From Hemiscyllium ocellatum (taxonomy: Eukaryota), in assembly GCF_020745735.1 (NCBI RefSeq), contig NC_083409.1:13453259-13517258 (forward strand): DNA of 64,000 nt, written 5' to 3'. Positions 39,510 through 52,139 of the stretch are shown in pieces. How positions within the stretch are numbered: position 1 is the first letter of the stretch; every line of letters starts with the position of its first letter. The position numbers were made by a program, and so were the translations under genes. The notes under the pieces were generated by a model, which saw nothing but the letters and a program-made list of their open reading frames with translations, ran no database searches and had not been told where the DNA came from.

Positions 39510-41199
39510 CCCCTCACAATCTCAGTCTCTTGTTTGAAATCTAGAATGAATCATTAATCTCTGGGAGAATGTCCTCTTTGGCAACATTGAGTGTGAAGGT
39601 CAATGACACTCTCATTGTGACTTGATCTGGGTTGTCTCCAGTTAGTTTGTGCTTTGGTTCTGGGCCCAGACAGGACTGAAAATGGGGACAGGCAGGCCCC
39701 AGTATTTCACCTTTGAGACTGGCAATAAGACAGCAAAATCCCCCAGGGACAAATGCCTGGCCCTTGCTTTAACTGTTGAAATGTGGCCAATGGGGAGTAA
39801 TGTACATCTGTGCTGACGTTGGGAATAGACATGTTTTCATCCTATCTAAAGGAAAATCTACTAATATGCATTGATTCTTCATTGTGCTTTTAATATGATC
39901 CACGATTTTGGAGCCTTGTGGGAACATTGAAGACTTTTAACCTCAAGGGGGCAGTGTTATAGTAATGTTACTTTGTCCAATCAATCTGACAATTATCAAT
40001 ATGTTCGTCTCATGCTGAAGAAACTGATACTGTTTCTAAAGTAGGAGGCAAGTAGATGCAGCTGCCAAGCAGGCAGCCTTACACCCCAAACTTCTGATCC
40101 CATTGGGTCCCTAGCAAAACCCGGTTAGACACAGTATAAGGACGTGTGTGCCAGACCTGGGTAAGGTGCAGAAATCATGGAGGAATGAGACTGTCTGTTC
40201 GGTGCCAATTCACAATGTAGAGGTTGATTTCTGTATTGCTTACTGTCTGTAATCATACAGGTTTAGTGTTTGAATTGCTTTCCATATTGTTTACAAATTT
40301 GGAAGTAATTTGCAAATTTCCATTTCTGCAATAATTACAGGTACTTTATATTACAAGGTACTACTGCATGAATTATCAAGTGATTTAGTTTCATACGTAG
40401 GCACTAAGCCTAAATGTCGTTGCTTTGTGTATGGAGCTTATAAGAATGCACACTGGTTAATTTGATTTATCTTTGGATTGGGCTGTTAGATCGAAGAAGG
40501 AGTGTCTGGCTGAGCTATTATCTTCATTTAAATATTTGATACTGAACAGTGATGATTTATAATTTTAAGACGGTACCAATGTCTAAATTCTAGGGTTAGC
40601 TCAAGATTAGAAAATGTCAGATTGGATTGAAAGCTTTGTGTCATGTTACCGTAATTTAGGGGCAGCATTGCCCTCCATGCAATATTCATCACCAACTTCT
40701 CTGCTCAAAATCACCATCTGGTTTCTACACTGAATTCTAAATACTATCAACTACAGCTGTAGCTCAGGCCATTTGATTGGGCTAAAGGTTAATGTATTTT
40801 TTTTTAGAGAATACAATATATTGCAGTACTAATCTAAATTTTAGGTAATATTGATGTTTTTAGTAGCAAAACTTCAAGGAGTATTACATCTTAGCAAAGC
40901 TGGATTTAAAAAATATAGGTTTGCTTAATTCACCCATGCCTGGGCTCCTCCGTATAAAGTAAGAAAATAATGGGTAGGAAAGGAATCTCGAGTGCAGAGT
41001 TTAAAATGAACGAGCCTTTTGCCAGTGTGGGCAATATATTTACTCAAGTGGGCTATTTGAACTTGATTAATTTGAGAATTTTTTATTTCAAAATTGCTCT
41101 TAGCCTGCTGAAGAGCACAAATTATGGCCTCAAATAGGGTACTCCCTCAATACTCAAACCAGAATATGGGTGACTCTTACGAGATGAGTTTGTGTTCCT

Positions 41200-44100
41200 T
41201 CTTTGCTGCTGCCTATTTTAATTGCTTATGTGTATATTGTATATACAAGGAGGAAACGGTTTATATTTTATTACAATGGACACTCCGTGGCCTCCTACCT
41301 TGCAAGGGGGAGATGATAAAGATCAAACTTGACCTGCTGTGTGGACTTGCCATTGGCAGCATTGGTGCATAAGAAGGGACAGTTTACCTGTGCGATCCTG
41401 AGCAAACAGAGACTGTGTACCAACGACGCCAGGAAGATGTCCTTGTGTGCCGAGAAGGTGAATGTTACCAAGAATGACCATTGCAGTGATCAACTGCATC
41501 AAAAAGATTGAACAGTAAATTTGCAGAACAAGTCTAAATGGTCTTTACCCTGTAAAGGTGTTGTGTGCCAGTTGATTACATTTGTACAATGGGCATCCCT
41601 GGCAAGCCTTGCCCCCTTTGGGATAGATCATGTTAAAATAGACAAAGGGGGGATGTTATCCTTCACTAGCAATATGTTTCTAACAACCCATAATAAAATA
41701 TTTGGAAAGGATGAAGTAGTTTGTTATGCCCTTACTTCAGCAAGAGACTCCCTGACCCCTTTTATTCTTCCAGGGATGAGGAGGATGCACTTATGTAAAA
41801 GTGCCTAAAATTATCCCCTGTACTATGATTAAATGTATCAGTCATCACTGCTTCCTTGAAGGACCTTGCATCTCATGTGTATGCCTTATGGAGAAATGTG
41901 TCTCTATTACCACTGGTATTCAAACCCTTTGTAAGGTGGGTAACAACACCCACCTTCGTTATGATACCCCTAATGGCACCAATATTTTCCCAATTATTGG
42001 ATGGGTAGAACTATTCTGGGATGAAGGTTCAGTTGGGGCGATAGAGAGTTATAAGGTAGCCAGGAAGAATCTAAAGAGAGAGCTAAGAGAAGCGAGAAGG
42101 GGACATGAAAAGTCTTTAGCTGGTAGGATTAGGGAAAACCCAAAGGCTTTCTATAGGTATGTCAGGAATAAAAGGATGACTAGGGTAGGTATCGGTCCAG
42201 TCAAGGATAGTAGTGGGAAGTTGTGTGTGGAGGCGGAGGAGATTGGAGAGACACTAAATCAATACTTTTCATCAGTATTCACTCAGGAACAGGACACTGT
42301 TGCTGACGTGAATATGGAGTCACAAATGATTAGAATGGATGGCCTGGAAATATGCAGGGAAGAGGTTCTGGGAATATTGGAGAGGATGAAAATAGATAAG
42401 TCTCCTGGGCCTGATGGCATTTACCCTAGGATCCTATGGGAAGCTAGGGAGGAGATAGCAGAGCCATTGGCCTGGATTTTTATGTCGTCATTGTCAACGG
42501 GAATAGTACCAGAGGACTGGAGGATAGCGAATGTGGTCCCCTTGTTCAAGAAAGGGAGTAGGGATAGCCCTAGTAACTATAGGCCAGTGAGTCTGACTTC
42601 AGTGGTGGGCAAAGTCTTAGAGAGAATGGTAAGGGATAAGATTTATGAACATCTGGATAGGAATAACGTGATCAAGGATAGCCAGCATGGTTTTGTGAAG
42701 GGCAGGTCGTGCCTCACAAACCTTATTGAGTTCTTTGAGAAGGTGACTAAGGAAGTGGACGAGGGTAAAGCAGTAGATGTTGTGTATATGGATTTTAGTA
42801 AGGCGTTCGATAAGGTTCCCCATGGTAGGCTAATGCTAAAACTACGGAGGTATGGCATTGAGGATACATTAGAGGTTTGGATTAGGAATTGGCTGGCTGG
42901 CAGGAGACAGAGGGTAGTAGTTGATGGACTAAGTTCATCTTGGAGTGCAGTTACTAGCGGTGTACCACAAGGATCTGTTTTGGGACCATTGATTTTTGTT
43001 ATCTTTATAAATGATCTAGAGGAAGGGCTTGAAAGCTGGGTAAGCAAGTTTGCGGATGACACAAAAGTCGGTGGAGTTGTGGATAGTGAGGAAGGAAGTG
43101 GTAGGTTACAGCGGGATATAGATAAGTTGCAGAGCTGGGCAGAAAGGTGGCAAATGGAATTCAATGTAGCTAAGTGTGAAGTCATTCACTTTGGTAGGAG
43201 TAACAAGATGATGGATTACTGGGCTAATGGTAGGCTACTTGGTAGTGTGGATGAGCAGAGGGATCTTGGTGTCCATGTACACAGATCTCTGAAAGTTGCC
43301 ACCCAGGTAAATAGTGCTGTGAGGAAGGCATATGGTGTACTGGGCTTTATTGGGAGAGGAATTGAGTTCCAGAGTCCTGAGGTCATGTTGCAACTGTATA
43401 AGACTCTGGTGCGGCCTCATCTGGAGTATTGTGTGCAGTTTTGGTCGCCATACTATAGGAAGGATGTGGAGGCATTGGAACGAGTGCAGAGGAGGTTTAC
43501 CAGGATGTTGCCTGGAATGGTAGGAAAATCTTATGAGGAAAGGCTGAGGCACTTGGGGCTGTTCTCATTGGAGAAGAGAAGGTTTAGGGGAGATTTGATA
43601 GAGGTGTATAAGATGATTAGGGGTTTAGATAGGGTCGACACTAAGAACCTTTTACCGCTAATGGAGTCAGGTGTTACTAGGGGACACAGCTTTAAATTAA
43701 GGGGTGGTAGGTATAGGACAGATGTTAAGGGTAGATTCTTTACACAGCGGGTTGTGAGTTCATGGAATGCCCTGCCAGTAGCAGTGGTGAACTCTCCTTC
43801 TTTATGGTCATTTAAGCGGGCATTGGATAGGCATTTGGAAGTTATTGGGCTAGTGTAGGTTAGGTAGGATTCGGTCGGCGCAACATCGAGGGCCGAAGGG
43901 CCTGTACTGCGCTGTATCTTTCTATGTTCTATGTTCTATGTTCTATGTCGACCACGTCCCTTATCAAGAAACCCACCTCATTCAACGAAATAATTTTCAG
44001 CCTTTACGTTCAGGGCCAAATTATGTAATCATGAATTACACAGGTACTCCAGGAAGTTACAAAGATAGGCCCGATTCTTATTGGGAAGGTCCCTCCATTA

Positions 44101-44938
44101 TCTATACTAAACCTGGATAGTATTTTTTCGGTCACAATAAGGCGTATACCTACCTTGTCCTGAACAGAGCAGGTACACATCATGATGTAGCTGTAGAAAC
44201 ACTATTTCCAACTACTGTTCCCTGTCCAATTACCTGGCAACAAGACTCAAATTCCCTGATTAAACATCCAGTTTCTCCTGACTTTTGTGCAGAATGGAAG
44301 AATGCAGGGGTTCTATCAAAAAATAAAACTCTCTCATTGGCATATGCAGCTCTTAGTGTTCTTTCTGTAGGAGGGTCTTCAGGAGTTATGAGTCATCAAA
44401 ACCATAATTATCTCATTTGTGGTCTCATGATTTCATGAAATGAGACACTGCTGCCCTAATAGAAATTAGGGACATGCTTTCAGAATTGTGCCTCTTTACC
44501 CAACAAAATCACTATGCTTTTGATTACATACTTGTGAAGGAAGGTGGAGTTTGAACCATAGTCAAAGGAAAGTGTATCATGGTGGTCAGTAATTTCATCG
44601 AAAACATTACTAGGTATATAGATAGCATCCACACTTTCGTCAACCAAATGAATGAAGGTGCAGGATTGGGAGATTGGGGTTTTGGCTCATGGTACAACTG
44701 GCTAATCAATATGGCTATGTATGCTGCTATTGTTTTTGTTGGTCTTTTTGTTGGTATTGCTATTGTTAAGAGTATTATTGCTAAAATATTAATTTCTATT
44801 GACAACATTGGCTCCACCCAGAGAATGTTTCTTCTCCACTGGATGGAAAATGTGATGAGACAAATCAAACTAAAGGATCCAAATATGGATAGCTGTAGGG
44901 GCAGTAGGGCCTGGATGCTTATGTGCATTAGTCACTGA
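41200..44938 (+). pseudogene. Endogenous retrovirus env remnant (gamma-type TM), interrupted by CR1
   Basis: ISD-like TQQNHYAFDYILVKEGGV followed by *TIVKGKC (C-x6-C with the first Cys mutated to TGA at 44552), a WxxW region and hydrophobic TM anchor (AAIVFVGLFVGIAIV), and SU-like YFFGHNKAYTYLVLNRAGT; several stops and frameshifts; 5' end uncertain. Confidence 0.85.
42041..43947 (+). mobile_element. Young 5'-truncated CR1 LINE (uninterrupted RT frame)
   Basis: KSPGPDG, YRPVSL, GVPQGSVLGP and FADD motifs, open to the stop at 43858; (ctatgtt)n tail. Confidence 0.97.
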
Positions 44939-45517
44939 AGGTGTCAGCACAGGCAGCTGTTTTCATGTGAGAGCAGCTGATAAAGCAGATGCCATATCAA
45001 CATTAGCATAGAATACAGTCTGGATGTGAAAAAAATGTTACGTTTTCGTGGGTAATGCAAAACTAAAATATATTCCCTCATTTAAGAATGAGAAAAGCAG
45101 AATTCTTTGTCTTGCGTACAGTCATAGGTCTTTGAAACTCTTGTTCCAAAGGTCCACAGAAATCTCTGAATACTTGTAATGAAGAATTAGACAGCCTTTC
45201 AGCCCCTGCTTATCAGTAATCTATCAGAGTTAGGCAAGAATGTGGAATAATCAGATCCACCATGTGGAACAGGATCAAGAGGATGAATCTCCTTCATCTG
45301 TCCCTAATTCGTATAATTGTGTGTCGCTAAAAGCCAGGAAGATGTGCTCAGCTATATGACAAGTTGGCTTGGCCTCAACTGATGTTACACCGTTGAAAGA
45401 GCAGCCCCTTGAAAGTTTGTGGTTTTCAATAAAGCAGCTGAAGTAGCTGCTGGTTTGTGTGGGCGCGAATGGAAGGGGACTTTACCCATAATCCTCAGCA
45501 GCAGTGCAAGCGCTCTC

Positions 45518-45536
45518 TCGCCACTAGAGGGCAGCT
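45518..45536 (+). promoter_or_regulatory. CTCF-like binding motif
   Basis: TCGCCACTAGAGGGCAGCT closely matches the CTCF core (CCASYAGRKGGCRS); GCAGTGC lies just upstream. Confidence 0.55.
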
Positions 45537-45761
45537 GCTTCACTGTCCCTGATCAGTAAAGAATAAACTGTAAAGATGCAGAGAGTGTGTCCAGCTTCAG
45601 AAGCAGGGTACTTATCGTACCACAATGAAAATGTCCCCTGTGATAAGAAAAGTACTTTGGTGTAGCTTGTGATTGTCTTCACAGTGTGCTGTTTTGTTCA
45701 TTCTGTGATACAAATGGACAATGTTGTAGTGGTTCTGTTTGCCGAGCTGGAAGTTTTTGTT

Positions 45762-45801
45762 GCAAACGTTTCGTCCCCTGGCTAGGAGACATCATCAGTG
45801 C
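45762..45801 (-). ncRNA. Minimal hammerhead ribozyme motif
   Basis: gcactgatgatgtctcctagccaggggacgaaacgtttgc; stem II substitutions retain pairing (GUCUCCU:AGGGGAC). Confidence 0.78.
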
Positions 45802-45907
45802 TCTGGAGCCTCCTGCGAAGCGCTTCTTTGAAGTTTCTTCCGGCATTTTATAGTGGTCTGTCCTTGCCACTTCCGGGTGTCAGTTTCAGCTGTCCACTGT
45901 AGTGGTT

Positions 45908-46122
45908 GCTGCTGCAAATGTGTTGCTGGTCAAAGCACAGCAGGTTAGGCAGCATCTCAGGAATAGAGAATTCGACGTTTCGAGCATAAGCCCTTCATCA
46001 GGAGGGCTTATGCTCGAAACGTCGAATTCTCTATTCCTGAGATGCTGCCTAACCTGCTGTGCTTTGACCAGCAACACATTTGCAGCTGTGATCTCCAGCA
46101 TCTGCAGACCTCATTTTTTACT
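45908..46122. mobile_element. Palindromic PLE-terminus mini-element
   Basis: 84-bp inverted arms at 45911-45994 and 46003-46086; 13-bp TSD cactgtagtggtt at 45895-45907 and 46123-46135. Confidence 0.9.
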
Positions 46123-46639
46123 CACTGTAGTGGTTGGTATATTGGGTCCAGGTCGATGTGTTTGTTGATGGAGTTTGTGGATGAATGCCATGCCTCTAGG
46201 AATTCCCTGGCTTTTTTAGAAAATGCTGTAGGTTTCCTGGACAGAAACCTGGGCAAGCTCCAAATGAAAGGATGACCTTCAGTGGATCTGCTGTGACAGG
46301 AAATATGGAATTGGAATACTTGTTCCCGAATCACCTCATCAAACCCAAATGCACCTGAGAAAATAGAAATCAAACCAATTTCCCAAGGTCATGTGTCACA
46401 ACAAGAAAGTAGGGAACAGACAGTTTCTGTCCCCTGTCTTTCGGGAGCGTTGCTTTTCCTGTCCCACCTCTGTCTGTGGGGTACCATTTCTATCATTCTT
46501 TCTGTCTGAGAATATAACTGTTCCTGTCCCCACTATCTTAGGGAGAGTTTGGGGGTGTCACATCCACCCATTTTGTTAGTTCCATTTACTCTCATGAAAT
46601 GGGTAATCCCTGCTTCACTATGTGTGTGTAAGCCACGTG

Positions 46640-46860
46640 TGAAAGCCCAGCACAGCTCACCCTTCATCTCAATCAGAACACAGCGTTGGTCAGTACTGTC
46701 TGGACCCAGAACAATAACACTGACTAACTGGAGACAACTCAGATCAAGTCCCAATGAGAGTGCTATTGACCTTCACCCTCAAAGCCCACTGAGGAGGTGG
46801 TCATTAATCCCCGTGTTGTCACAGAGTAATTTCTCCCAGAGATTCATGATTCATTCTAAA
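46640..46860 (+). repeat. Unclassified interspersed repeat (other copies at 39541-39720 minus and 60890-61030 plus)
   Basis: Shared ctaactggagacaac(c/t)cagatcaagtc..gagagtg..ttgac..cac.ctcaa. Confidence 0.75.
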
Positions 46861-47184
46861 TTTTACACAAGTCTGTGATGTTGTTAGGAGACAGGTGGGA
46901 AGGCATCGAGATAAAATATAAAAGGAGGGAGAATTATATTTTTGTTATACCTTCCTTGAACTTAGGATGTTTGAAAATATTTTACAGCCAATGGAATGCT
47001 TCCAAAAACCAGACATTATTGTAATGTGGGAACTGTGACAGCCTGGGCAATGCAGATCATTTGGTAGCACCACCCAGAGACTGGAGGCTGCTACTGCAGG
47101 CAGGCGACAAACCAGCTCTGCTGTGAGGGAAGGACATTGGAGCACAGAAGGACATGGGAAATGGGAGTTGGAGGAAGACTCCAA

Positions 47185-47480
47185 CGGCTGTCCATCCTTT
47201 CTTAAATACCGAGACCAAAATTGCACACAATACCCCAGATGCAGCCTCACTAACACCCTGTACAGTTTTAACAAGACTTCTCTACTTTTAAATTCCAACC
47301 CCCAGCAATAAAGGTGAAAATTCCATTTGCCTTCTCAATTACTTGCTGTACCTGCACTAACTTTCAGTGTCCCATGCACAATACTACCCAGATCACTCTG
47401 TACTGCACTTTGTTGGAATCTCTCACTATTTAAATAATAGTCGGCCTTTAGATTATTCTGACCCAAGTTCATGGTCTCAC
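47185..47480 (-). mobile_element. CR1 RT fragment
   Basis: EFKSREVLLKLYRVLVRLHLGYCVQFWS peptide. Confidence 0.8.
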
Positions 47481-47649
47481 ACTTTCTGATATTAAATTCC
47501 ATCCACTGTGGATTAGTGTTTCATTTCCAGTTTGGTCTTCTCTTTGTGATTGACTGTCTCAATGCATCTGTCTGTAGCACGTCCCATTCCCATTTGTTTG
47601 TGAGCCTGACCCTTGATTGTCTGACCCTTTCCTGCTGGTTCCATTCAAT

Positions 47650-50510
47650 GACAGGCAGGAGGCTGGAAGAACACAGCAAGTCAGGCAGCATCAGGCGGTG
47701 GAGAAGCTGATGTTTCAGGTGGAACCCTTCTTCAGGAATGGGAGTGGGTGTAGGGAGAGCTGCAGATAAAGAGGTGGCGGGGGACAGGATGATGAAGTGG
47801 GGATAGGTGATGACAGGTGGAGGGTATGACCTGGTTGGTCAGTGGGAGGAATGAATCTGGTAGGTGTAAGGGAGTAGTGGCGGGGAGGGAGAGGTGCTGG
47901 GAAGGGGGTCGGGGGATGTGAAGGGAGGTTATTTGAAATTGGAGAACTCAATGTTGAGTCATCTGGGCTGTATGCTGCCAGAAGGAAGATGAGATGTTGT
48001 TCCTCCAATATGTGGTTTGGTTCATTGTGGCAATGGAGGAGGCCAATGTTGGTCATGTCAAAAATGGAGTGGGAAGGGGAATTAAAATGGGTGCTGACTG
48101 GTAGGACTGCTCGGCCCCTGGGGGTCCGGCTGAGATGTTCGGTGAAATGTTCCTCAGTTTACGTTTGTTCTTCCCGATGTAGAGAAGACCACATGGGGAA
48201 CACCTGATGCAGTAATCTAGGTTGGAGGTGAAGCAGGTGAACCTCTGTCTCACCTGGAAGGAGTGTTTGGGGCCCTGAATGGAGGTGTGGGATTGCTGTA
48301 CCAGCAGGTTTTGCATGTTTTCAGGTTGCAGGGGAAGGTACCAAGGGGTTTGGGATGGTTGCAGTGCGAGTGGCACAGATCAAGAATTATCGAAGGGAAT
48401 GGTCCTTGTGGAAGGCAGCCAGGGGTGGGGAGAGGAAGATGTATTTGGTGGTGTGGTCTAGTTAGAGTTGATGGAAGTGTTTAAGAATGATGCATTGGAT
48501 TCTGAGATTGGTGGGGTGATAGGTGACGACAATAGGGATTTTGCCTTTATTGTATTTAGAGGGGGGTGGGTTTAGAGCAGTGGAACAGGAAATAGACGTG
48601 GTGCAGTGGATGACAGAAGGAGGAAAAGCACATTGTCCGTAACAGTTGGACATCTGTGATCAGTGGAATATCTCCTCATCTGAGTAGATGGGTTGGAGGC
48701 AGTAGAATTGGGAGAATGAGATGGAGTTCTTACAGAATACTGGGTGCGAGGAGGTGTAGTCCAGTTAGATATGGGAATCTGTGGGTTTGTAGTCAATGTC
48801 TGTCTGTAGATTATCACCAGAATTGGAAATGGAGAGGTCAAAAAAGGGGAGGGAGGTGTCCGAGATGGACCAAGGGAATTTGAGGACGGGGTGGAAGTTG
48901 TGAGCAAAGTCGATGAACTGCTCCAGTTCAGCCTGGGTGAAGTTCACTGCACTGATGCAGTCATTGATGTAATGGCGGAAGAGTTGGGGCACAGTGCCTG
49001 TGTAGATACCGAGGAGGGACTGGACAACATAGTCGATAAAGAAGCAGGCGTAGCTGGGGCCTATCTGGGTGCCCATGGCCACCCCCTGGATTTGGAGGAA
49101 ATAGAAGGAGTTAAAGTAAATGTTGTTGAGGGTGAGGACTAGTTCAGCAAGGTGGAGGAGGGTATTGGTGGAGGGGGACTGGATAGGTCTGTTGCAGAGG
49201 AAAAGGTGGAGGGTCTGGAGGCCATCCTTATCGGGTATGGATATATATAAGGTCTGCACATCCATAGTGGAGATAAAGCGCTCAGGGCTGGGGATCTGGA
49301 CGTTACTGAAGAGATGGAGGGTGTGGTTGGTGTAGCCGATGTAGGTGGGAAGTGCCTGAACCAAGGAGGAGAGTTGAGGTAGGATGAGAGGAGTTTGGTG
49401 GAGCAGGAGCATGCTGGGACAATGGGTCAGCCGGGGGAGTTGGACTTGTGGATCTTGAGGAGCAGATAGAACTGGGCCTTGTGGGGCTGGGGGACTATGA
49501 GATTGGAGGCAATGGAGGGGAGATCACTGGAGGCAATGAGGGCACTGATAATGCAAGTGATTTTGGCCTGATGGGTCACCGCGGGGTCATGGGCAAGGGA
49601 AAAGTAGGGCATGGTATTGGAGAATTGGCGTTCGGTCTCTGTGACATTTAGGTCTGTTCTCCAGACTACCACCACCCCACCTTTGTCAGTGGGTTTGATA
49701 GTGAACCAGGGGTTGGTGCAGAGAGAATGGAGTCATCAATCAGAGGGGGGGGGGTGGTAGGAGAGGGTGATGGGGGTGGGGGGGAGGTGGAGAAATTGAG
49801 GTGGCTGATGTCATGTCAGTTGTCAGCACTGAAGAGGTCGAGGATGTGTATACAACTGGTGGTGGGGGATGGGGGGCAGTGACCAAGTGGAGAAGGAAGG
49901 TTGGAGGTGGGAGGAGGGGTCCTCAGAGGGAGGTTGGGAGTTTTTGTTAAAGAAGAAGACACGGGGGTAGAGGCGGCGGAAGAAGAGCTCCATGTCCTGG
50001 TGGGTGCGGGTTTTGTTGAGATGGAGTTGGGCAGGAAAGACTGTGAGCCCTTTCCTGAAGATGGACCTTTTGGCCTCAGAGAGTTCGAGGTCGGGGGTGG
50101 GGGGAATAGCAAAAGTGGGGCAAGGCTCGGGGGTGAGGTTTTTGGGGAGGGCCCAAGGTGGCTGAAGGAGGGGGGGGAAGGGTGATGGCATATGGTGGGT
50201 GAGGGTTGATTGTGATGTAGCACAGGGAAATGGGTGTGGGAGAGAAAGGAGATTGGGGCGGAGGTGGGTTGCGGAGTGAGGTGGGGGAGTGGGAAGGTGG
50301 GGATGAGGTGAAGAGGGAGAAGTGGAGGGAGAGGGTGCAATGTGGGGGTGTGTGGGTGAGGAGGGAGAGCGAGTGTGCTGGCTGGCTGAAGGTAGGCAGT
50401 TAGACTCAGAGTGACTCTGGGAAATGTAGTCAGAGTCTTGGTTACAGAGTGGGTAGGGCCAGAGGTGGATGCAAAAGCTGGAGCGAAGTCAAGGCAGGTC
50501 CGAATGTTTT
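47650..50510 (-). mobile_element. Large decayed Penelope-like element (second family)
   Basis: KGLT..FFRRL N-terminal region, MDVQTLY and GVAMGTQIGPSYA RT motifs, YCIRCSPCGLLYIG GIY-YIG motif, terminal repeat near 47650-47900. Confidence 0.92.
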
Positions 50511-50812
50511 GACCCGGGTTCGATTCCAGCCTCAGGCAACTGACTGTGTGGAGTTTCACATTCTCCCCATGTCTGTGTTGATTTCCTCTGGATGTTCTGG
50601 TTTCCTCCCACAATCTAAAGACGTGCAGGTTAGGTGAATTGGCTGTGCTCAATTGCCCATAGTGGTCAGGGATGTGTAGGTTAGGTTCATTAGTCAGGGG
50701 AAAAGTAGAGTAATGGGATAGGGGATTGGGTCTTGGGTGGGTTACTCTTCCAAGGGTCAGTGTGGACTTGTTGGGCCAAATAACCTGTTTCCTCACAGGA
50801 GAGATTCTATGA
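50511..50812 (+). mobile_element. HE1/V-type SINE, 5'-truncated
   Basis: Starts at the B box (gggttcgattcc) and abuts the PLE. Confidence 0.85.
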
Positions 50813-51030
50813 CAGGCCATTCCAGATTCCCACCACCCGCTGAGTTAAAATGTTCTTCAACAAATTATGAAACCTTTCAAACCATTCATTTTGTCTAGTG
50901 CCATTTAGCTCTTATGATCCTTGTTCAATAAATGTTTTATTCTTTTATATATAATATGAGTTCCCTGACAGGGACAGTTAACCTTGTCCAATCAGAGAGT
51001 CCTGGCTGACAGATGAAAAGGGGACTGTCA

Positions 51031-52139
51031 AACGGCAGTGCTCGGACCCAACGTATTGCACCAGTTGGAGGATGCTCAGGTGTGCGGTAGGATCCCGTCC
51101 ACGCTCACCCCAGCCTGGACGGAATTTCACATTGGCCCCAAGGTCCCATACTTCCCGTGGGAGCTTGTGTCCCACAACCAGAGCCGTCACTGGAATTTTA
51201 ATTTTGTCCCTTTTTAGGATGTAAAAAGGCGGGCCCTGTATTGACTGCTGCTGCACACCGTCCACCTCTTCTCCCTCATCCACCGTCCTGACACGCCTTG
51301 GCATGCCCATGTGCCACACGGCGGTGGGGATCCCCAGTGGAAGGCTCTCTATGCAGGAGTCCTCTCCCTTTCTCTCGGGGATCTGGGGTGTTGCGCACAG
51401 CGGTCCCCTGCAACCGCAGATTGTGGTGGTTCATGGACTCCCAGCACAACTGCTTGTTCTGTGGTGCTGTGGAGTCCGTGGAACATACATATATTGGGTG
51501 TGGGCGTTTGCACTCCCTTTTTGATTTTCTTAAAAACCTCCTCCTCTGCTTTTGGTTGCACTTCAGTCCCACGCTCCTGATCTTTGGGCACCTGGTTAGG
51601 AGGAGGGAGAGCAAGTCTGAAGACCTCCTCGTGGGTCTGCTCCTGGGCCTGGCCAAACTGGCCATAAACAGGTCCAGGCAGCAAGCCATGGAGCAGGTCG
51701 CTAAGGCCGCCTGCCTGCCCCTCTTCCGTGGTTATGTTAAAGCCCGGGTGTCCTTGGAGAAGGAGCATGCGGTCTCCACCAACACCCTGGAGTTGTTCAG
51801 GGAGAGAGGGCGCGCCGCAGGGAGTGGAGTGCATTATCTCCTTCTCCAACTCTATTTTGATTTAATCCCTGCCCTCCCCTTCACTGTTTGATCACACAGC
51901 ATTGCCCTTTGATGCGAAGGGCACTGCTTGTCACAGGCCACTCGGGTGTTTCCTTTCTTCCTGGTGGTGGAAACTGAATAAAGATTCAGACACCTTGTTC
52001 TCTCACTGTCTCTCACACCTGCACACACACAACATGGGTGCTGGGGAAAAAATAAGCACTACAGCAGTTAGGCCGTAGTGTGGGGGTAATAGAGAAATAA
52101 AATAAACAGGAGTGTCAGAGGTTCTAAAAACAAGAAAAT
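51031..52139 (+). mobile_element. Tx1-type (L1 clade) LINE 3' fragment
   Basis: CLFCGAVESVEHTYIGC zinc-knuckle-like motif and LLLGLAKLAI; A-rich tail; 10-bp TSD gggactgtca at 51021-51030 and 52140-52149. Confidence 0.85.

Larger units (their letters stand above)
45720..46212 (-). mobile_element. PLE 3' fragment (same family as 14089-15478) with a nested hairpin element
   Basis: AREFLEAWHSSTNSINKHIDLDPIYQPLQ peptide and terminal repeat similar to 14100-14290. Confidence 0.9.

Noticed and set aside
41801-43858. 685-aa ORF as a novel host gene
   Set aside because: It is a CR1 RT frame plus about 80 codons of env; reported as a chimera instead.
44895-45460. 3' LTR after env
   Set aside because: No similarity to 38951-39509 and no clear polypurine tract or TG...CA boundaries.
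49816-50820. 334-aa Pro-rich ORF and G-rich tracts (possible G4)
   Set aside because: It is the low-complexity N-terminal region of a decayed PLE read through from an antisense SINE, with no independent support.
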